A stretch of DNA of 64,000 nucleotides from Candidatus Enterousia sp. (GTDB lineage: Bacteria > Pseudomonadota > Alphaproteobacteria > Rs-D84): the NCBI GenBank assembly GCA_045645645.1, contig JAZRJE010000016.1, positions 30,153 through 94,152 on the forward strand, read 5' to 3'. Of this stretch, positions 59,610 through 64,000 are shown one piece after another. The notes under the pieces are model-generated. The model did not search any database. It was not told the origin of the DNA and saw only the letters and a list, made by a program, of their open reading frames with translations. The position numbers were made by a program, and so were the translations under genes. How positions within the stretch are numbered: the first letter of the stretch is position 1; every line of letters begins with the position of its first letter.

Positions 59610-60566
59610 ATGGAACAAAATATAAAAAACTTTGTAGAAAAGATTAAGTGTGCAAAAAAAATTGCAATTATGGGACATAAGAATCCTGATGGTGATTCAT
59701 ATTGTAGTGTGTTGGCATTGGCGAAATTAATTGAATTAAATTATGGTGTGCGACCATTATGTGTTTATGATGGAAATATACCAGAATATTTAGATGAAAT
59801 GCCTTTGCGTAGTTGGATAAAATACTATGAACGTGTTGATTTGACAGAGGTATATGATTTGGCTGTTTTGCTTGATTATGGAACACCAAAGCATATTGGT
59901 GGGCCACAGCCGATAGTCGCGAATTCTTGTTTCGTGGTGGAAATAGATCATCATCAAAATAATGAACATTTAGGGGATTTGTGTATTAATGATGAAACCG
60001 CTTCTGCAACAGGTCAGATTTTGTTTGATATTATGAAGAAGGCGCATTGGAAATACGATAAAGATGTGCTGGATTTATTGGCAACAGCAATTATTACAGA
60101 TACTGGAGAATTTAGATTTGTTCGTGATAGTCGCGTCATGCAGATAATGGGTGAATTGGTAGATGATGGGGTTGTGTTGCGCCACTTGTTTGAATGTTTG
60201 CGTAATAAACCACGTAAATCTATCGTTGTTGAAGCGGTTGCAGCATCACGTGCGGAATTTTTGTTTAAAGGACGGCTTGCAATCGCTGTTGTGCCACATA
60301 AGGACTATAAGTATTTGGATGGACGTGGTGATACTGTATTGAACTTGTTAGGTTCCATAAAGGGGTTGGAATATATTGCTTTGTTGAAAGAACAAAAAGA
60401 AAATCAGACAGGGGTTTCGTTACGTAGTCGTGGATTACCGATTAATCATATTGCTGAAGCTTTGGGTGGTGGTGGACACACATGTGCAGCGGGGGCTGTT
60501 GTAAACGATTCGATTGAAAATGTTAGAAGTCGTATAGTTGAATTGTTTCAAAAGGAAGTAAAATGA
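59610..60566 (+). CDS. DHH/DHHA1 phosphoesterase, NrnA-like (oligoribonuclease / pAp phosphatase)
   Basis: IAIMGHKNPDGDSYCS, EIDHHQNN (DHH), ITDTGEFRF, GGGGHTCAAG (DHHA1). It starts 3 nt after recJ. Confidence 0.8.
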   Translation: MEQNIKNFVEKIKCAKKIAIMGHKNPDGDSYCSVLALAKLIELNYGVRPLCVYDGNIPEYLDEMPLRSWIKYYERVDLTEVYDLAVLLDYGTPKHIGGPQPIVANSCFVVEIDHHQNNEHLGDLCINDETASATGQILFDIMKKAHWKYDKDVLDLLATAIITDTGEFRFVRDSRVMQIMGELVDDGVVLRHLFECLRNKPRKSIVVEAVAASRAEFLFKGRLAIAVVPHKDYKYLDGRGDTVLNLLGSIKGLEYIALLKEQKENQTGVSLRSRGLPINHIAEALGGGGHTCAAGAVVNDSIENVRSRIVELFQKEVK

Positions 60567-61174
60567 AAAAAATCTTAGTGTTTATACTTTGTTTTGTTAT
60601 ATGTGCAGCAAATGCCGGGGTTGATAAAGGGCTTGTTGGTAGCGCAGAAAAATATTTGAATTCTATATCTGGTTTGTCTGGTAAGTTTATTCAGAATGCA
60701 AATGGACGTAAAGAGCAGGGGGATTTTGCAATGTTACGTCCAGGACGTGTCAGATTAGATTATGACAATATGCCAATTCAACTTATTTCTGATGGGGCGG
60801 ATTTGTATTTTTTTGATAAGTCTTTGGATCAGATAACAACTGTGCCGTTGACCAGTACGCCTGCGGGTATTTTGGTGCGGAAAAATATAGATTTACAAAA
60901 TGCGGATATTAATGTTGTTGAAACCCAGGAAGCAAATAATACTTTTTCACTAAAAATGAATTTAAAAGGTCAGGAAGGGTTAGGGTATATGGTCGTTGTT
61001 TTTGATAAAAAACCAATCAAATTAAATTCGTGGTCTGTTGTCGATGCAACTGGTGCAAAAACAGATGTTATGTTTGATGGCTTGATAGAAAAAACAAAGT
61101 TTGGACGTGATTATTTTCAAATTCAAAGACATAAAACGATTAGCACCAGTGGCGGTGATGATTATTATGACTAA
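60563..61174 (+). CDS. lolA: Outer-membrane lipoprotein carrier protein LolA
   Basis: Signal peptide. LSGKFIQ......EQGDFAMLRPGRVRLDY fits the LolA pattern (l.g.F.Q.......sG.....rPgkfRw.Y). It overlaps the upstream stop by 4 nt. Confidence 0.7.
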   Translation: MKKILVFILCFVICAANAGVDKGLVGSAEKYLNSISGLSGKFIQNANGRKEQGDFAMLRPGRVRLDYDNMPIQLISDGADLYFFDKSLDQITTVPLTSTPAGILVRKNIDLQNADINVVETQEANNTFSLKMNLKGQEGLGYMVVVFDKKPIKLNSWSVVDATGAKTDVMFDGLIEKTKFGRDYFQIQRHKTISTSGGDDYYD

Positions 61175-61179
61175 ATAAT

Positions 61180-61473
61180 ATGTTTGGTATAAGTTGGGCT
61201 GAATTTTTACTTGTTTTATTAATAGCTGTGCTGGTTATTCCTGCACGCATGTGGCCAGATGTTGCAAAATTTTTAGCACGTGCGGTAAAGTTTGTACGTG
61301 CAGTGGTGTGGAAAATTACAGATGCATCAGAAAAAATTAAAGAACAAATTGAGCGTGAAACACCAATAGATGATTTGTTAAAAACAACAACAAATGATTT
61401 GTTAGCAGATATTTCGGAACCAATAAAAAATAGTAGAAAAAAAACTGTAAAAAGAATCGGGGGAAAAAAGTGA
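61180..61473 (+). CDS. tatB: Sec-independent protein translocase subunit TatB
   Basis: MFGISWAEFLLVLLIAVLVIPARMWPDVAKFLARAVKFVR is the TatA/B family N-terminus, with a longer charged tail. Directly upstream of tatC. Confidence 0.8.
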   Translation: MFGISWAEFLLVLLIAVLVIPARMWPDVAKFLARAVKFVRAVVWKITDASEKIKEQIERETPIDDLLKTTTNDLLADISEPIKNSRKKTVKRIGGKK

Positions 61474-62177
61474 AAAAAATGACCCTGATGCAGCATTTTG
61501 CAGAAATGAGACGCAGAATAATATGGACTGCTTTGATTTTTATAGTGGCTTTTGTTGTTGGTTTATATTTTGCATCTGATTTTCAAATATTGTTAACGAA
61601 GCCTTTGTTGGGCGTTTGGCCAGATGGTACTTTGTTATATAGTGGTTTGTCTGATGGTATGATGATTGACTTATCGCTGGGGTGGCTGTTTGGACTGATG
61701 GTTTGTGTTCCTGTTGTTTTATGGCACGTGTGGGCTTTTGTTGTGCCAGGACTAAAAAATAAAGAACGTAAGTTTATTTGGCCGTTTTTGATTGCGTCAC
61801 CATTTTTGTTTGTGCTGGGGGTTGTTTTTGCTTTTTATATTTTGTTCCCTGTAGTATTTAAGTTTTTTGTAGAGTTAAATATGTCTGCACCAGTGCCTGC
61901 AGTGATTGTTCCAAACGCACGTGATTATTTGGCGGGGGCGATTGGATTGCTGAAAATATTTGGGTTAGCATTTCAACTGCCTTTGGTAATCATTTTGTTA
62001 AATAGAATTGGTGTTTTAGGACGCGGGCACCTAATTCAAATGCGTAGATATGCAATTGTTTTTATTGCGCTTGTTGCCGCTGTTTTGACGCCACCAGATA
62101 TTGTGAGTCAGATTTTATTAGCTGTTCCGTTATGGCTATTATTTGAAATTAGTATTTTGTTCATGCGACGTGACTGA
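61470..62177 (+). CDS. tatC: Sec-independent protein translocase subunit TatC
   Basis: MTLMQHFAEMRRRIIW, 6 TM, GLKNKERKF, LTPPDIVSQILLAVPL. It overlaps tatB by 4 nt. Confidence 0.9.
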   Translation: MKKMTLMQHFAEMRRRIIWTALIFIVAFVVGLYFASDFQILLTKPLLGVWPDGTLLYSGLSDGMMIDLSLGWLFGLMVCVPVVLWHVWAFVVPGLKNKERKFIWPFLIASPFLFVLGVVFAFYILFPVVFKFFVELNMSAPVPAVIVPNARDYLAGAIGLLKIFGLAFQLPLVIILLNRIGVLGRGHLIQMRRYAIVFIALVAAVLTPPDIVSQILLAVPLWLLFEISILFMRRD

Positions 62178-62182
62178 TTTTA

Positions 62183-62191
62183 TGATATAAT
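62183..62191 (+). promoter_or_regulatory. Extended -10 promoter element TGATATAAT, 6 nt upstream of the ATG (leaderless candidate)
   Basis: TTTTATGATATAATTGACTT-ATG closely parallels TTTTATGATATAATTGCTTTC-ATG at 6779..6801. No SD. Confidence 0.45.
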
Positions 62192-62197
62192 TGACTT

Positions 62198-63529
62198 ATG
62201 AGAAAAATCAAATTGATTTTTTGCTTGGCTTTGACGCCAGTGTTAATAGGGTGTGATTTGCAGCCAAAGATTATGGCTTTGCCAGATACTGTTGGTGATT
62301 TTATTTCAGTACGGTATCCAGCATTGTTGGCGGATCCAAATACAAATCCAGAAATTTATGCATCTGCGGCAACAGACTATGGTATATATGCATCACCAGA
62401 TTTATATGGTTCCGATGATGCAGGGCGTGATGAATATGTTGTGTATGCCTCGGTTGATGATTATATTGTTCCACCCCAAGATGAAGAATTAAGTGTCGAA
62501 GAAAAAACAGTGGTTGTTGCTGAATATGTGACACCAGATTCTGAACAACATACAGAAGATTATTTGCATGTGCCGATGTATGGGCCTGTGAAGAAGATAG
62601 ATGAAAATGTAATTGTTGTTGAGCGCGGTGATACAATGTTTTCTTTGGCAAAACGTTATGCAACGTCGGTTCAGGAATTGGAAAAAATGAATTCTTTAAG
62701 TCAACCATATGTCTTGTCAGTGGGACAGCGTTTAAGTGTTCCAGCAATTCCAAATGATAGTAAGGTTGCGGTTAAAAAGAATCCTGAGGATGAGCCAAAT
62801 ATAATCGCTGTACCAGAAAAAAAACCAACTGGTGTTCAAACTATGACAAAGGTCGCACTGGTAGATGTTAACGTCAGTGCGGGGGATACATTATATTCAA
62901 TATCACGTAAATATTCGGTGCCCGTTAATGATTTAGCTGTGTTGAATAATTTAAAAGCGCCATTTAATTTATCTGTAGGGCAAAAGTTAAAAGTTCCAGA
63001 TTTAGCAAAAGCTAATGTGAAAAAGGTGGTTGCGAAATCTGATGATAAAAAGCTTGTTGCTAAAACGGAAAAGGTGACTGTGGCTGCAAATCAAGAAAAT
63101 AAAAAAATTTCTTCTGATCCATCAAAAAAATTGCCAACGATTACAGCACGTTCTTCATCTAAATTTGCTTGGCCAGTTCGTGGTAAGATTTTGTCGCAGT
63201 ATGGTGCAAAATCAAATGGATTGTTTAATGATGGTATAAATATTAGTGCAACAAAGGGAACACAGGTTAAGGCGGCTGAGAATGGTGTTGTTGCATATGC
63301 TGGAAACGAAGTTAAAGGTATGGGAAATCTGATAATTGTCCAACATGCTGGTGGGTGGATGACTGTTTATGCGCATATGGACTCGTTAGCGGTAAAGCGT
63401 GGTACACGCGTTAATGTTGGACAACAAATAGGAACTGTTGGTGAAACAGGAAAGGTTGATGTGCCACAATTGCATTTTGAAATTCGAAAAGGAACAAAGG
63501 CTTATAATCCGTCTGCATATTTAAAGTAG
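62198..63529 (+). CDS. LysM-domain M23 metallopeptidase lipoprotein (NlpD-like)
   Basis: Lipobox LIGC. Two LysM repeats (VERGDTMFSLAKRYATSVQELEKMNSL; VSAGDTLYSISRKYSVPVNDLAVLNNL). M23 core GINISATKGTQVKAAENGVV.YAG........GNLIIVQH.GGWMTVYAHM, HLHFEIR. Confidence 0.88.
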   Translation: MRKIKLIFCLALTPVLIGCDLQPKIMALPDTVGDFISVRYPALLADPNTNPEIYASAATDYGIYASPDLYGSDDAGRDEYVVYASVDDYIVPPQDEELSVEEKTVVVAEYVTPDSEQHTEDYLHVPMYGPVKKIDENVIVVERGDTMFSLAKRYATSVQELEKMNSLSQPYVLSVGQRLSVPAIPNDSKVAVKKNPEDEPNIIAVPEKKPTGVQTMTKVALVDVNVSAGDTLYSISRKYSVPVNDLAVLNNLKAPFNLSVGQKLKVPDLAKANVKKVVAKSDDKKLVAKTEKVTVAANQENKKISSDPSKKLPTITARSSSKFAWPVRGKILSQYGAKSNGLFNDGINISATKGTQVKAAENGVVAYAGNEVKGMGNLIIVQHAGGWMTVYAHMDSLAVKRGTRVNVGQQIGTVGETGKVDVPQLHFEIRKGTKAYNPSAYLK

Positions 63530-63600
63530 TTTGTGAATAGTGTCGTATAAATTCATACCACCCCATTATGATACAGTTGTATTGAATATGGGGGATTTTT

Positions 63601-64000
63601 ATGAAAAAAATTTATGTTTGGATTTTATTTGTTTGCTTAATTGCAATTGCTGTTGGATATATCTTGTATCGATATCAGCGGGGGCGTGCGATAAATCAGA
63701 AGTATGTTGCGCCTGTAAATGTTAATAAAATTGAAATAGTTGATATAAATTCTTTGGAAGAACGTGCAAAAAAGGTCATCCCACATGGTGGTTTTGATTA
63801 TATAGCGGGTGGGGCAGAAACAGAACAAACATTGCGTCGAAATATATCTGCTTTTGACGATGTTGATATTGTGCCACGTGTTTTGCGTGGGGTTGATAAA
63901 CCTGATTTGAATACTTCTATATTAGGGATTGATATATCATTACCTGTAATTGTTGCGCCCGCAGCGGCACATGGTTTGGCGCATGTTTCAGCTGAAGCAG
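63601..64000 (+). CDS. FMN-dependent alpha-hydroxy acid dehydrogenase/oxidase (lactate/glycolate oxidase family), N-terminal fragment with predicted TM anchor
   Basis: Absent from the track because it runs off the window. Manual translation: MKKIYVWILFVCLIAIAVGYILY...INSLEERAKKVIPHGGFDYIAGGAETEQTLRRNISAFDDVDIVPRVLRGVDKPDLNTSILGIDISLPVIVAPAAAHGLAHVSAEA. SD GGGGGA upstream. Confidence 0.75.
   Translation, partial: MKKIYVWILFVCLIAIAVGYILYRYQRGRAINQKYVAPVNVNKIEIVDINSLEERAKKVIPHGGFDYIAGGAETEQTLRRNISAFDDVDIVPRVLRGVDKPDLNTSILGIDISLPVIVAPAAAHGLAHVSAEA

Noticed and set aside
63540-63725. 61-aa plus-strand ORF and 63637..63828 minus-strand ORF after the NlpD-like gene
   Set aside because: Both overlap the better-supported ATG at 63601. 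That ATG has SD GGGGGA and opens an FMN-dependent dehydrogenase frame continuing to the window end.

Overview
AT-rich bacterial chromosomal segment that is almost entirely coding: about 75 protein genes, with no rRNA, tRNA, CRISPR array, IS element or prophage seen. The gene content suggests a Gram-negative, probably alphaproteobacterial organism (MucR/Ros, DUF721/DciA-like, SPOR, LptF/G, LolA, Tat, Sec, SUF, DksA, dnaA, recA, ruvA, ruvC, xerD, recJ, mutL, ftsK, ftsI, serS, thrS, gltX). Canonical operons are broken up: ruvA and ruvC without ruvB, and tatA unlinked from tatBC. Two sequence signatures recur. One is a bidirectional intrinsic terminator, AAAAATCCCC-loop-GGGGATTTTT. The other is an extended -10 promoter, TGATATAAT, which in several cases sits only 6-7 nt from the ATG, implying leaderless mRNAs. 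An accessory-looking glycosyltransferase cluster lies between recA and serS. The best candidates for something undescribed are: (1) an orphan, translationally coupled four-gene minus-strand operon at 36817..38880, made of a 2-TM protein, a degenerate HNH-like protein, a SUKH/SMI1-KNR4-like protein and an RHH_4 DNA binder, wedged between a ybeY-lnt fusion gene and trmB; (2) an 18-codon mini-ORF with six consecutive Thr codons just upstream of thrS; (3) an in-frame YbeY-Lnt fusion; (4) a MucR/Ros homologue lacking three of four zinc ligands, abutting a 614-aa TM/lysozyme-like/TPR protein; (5) a Cys-rich triple-repeat secreted protein flanked by inverted copies of a ~35-nt palindromic element. 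All functional calls come from reading the translations by eye; no database search was run.
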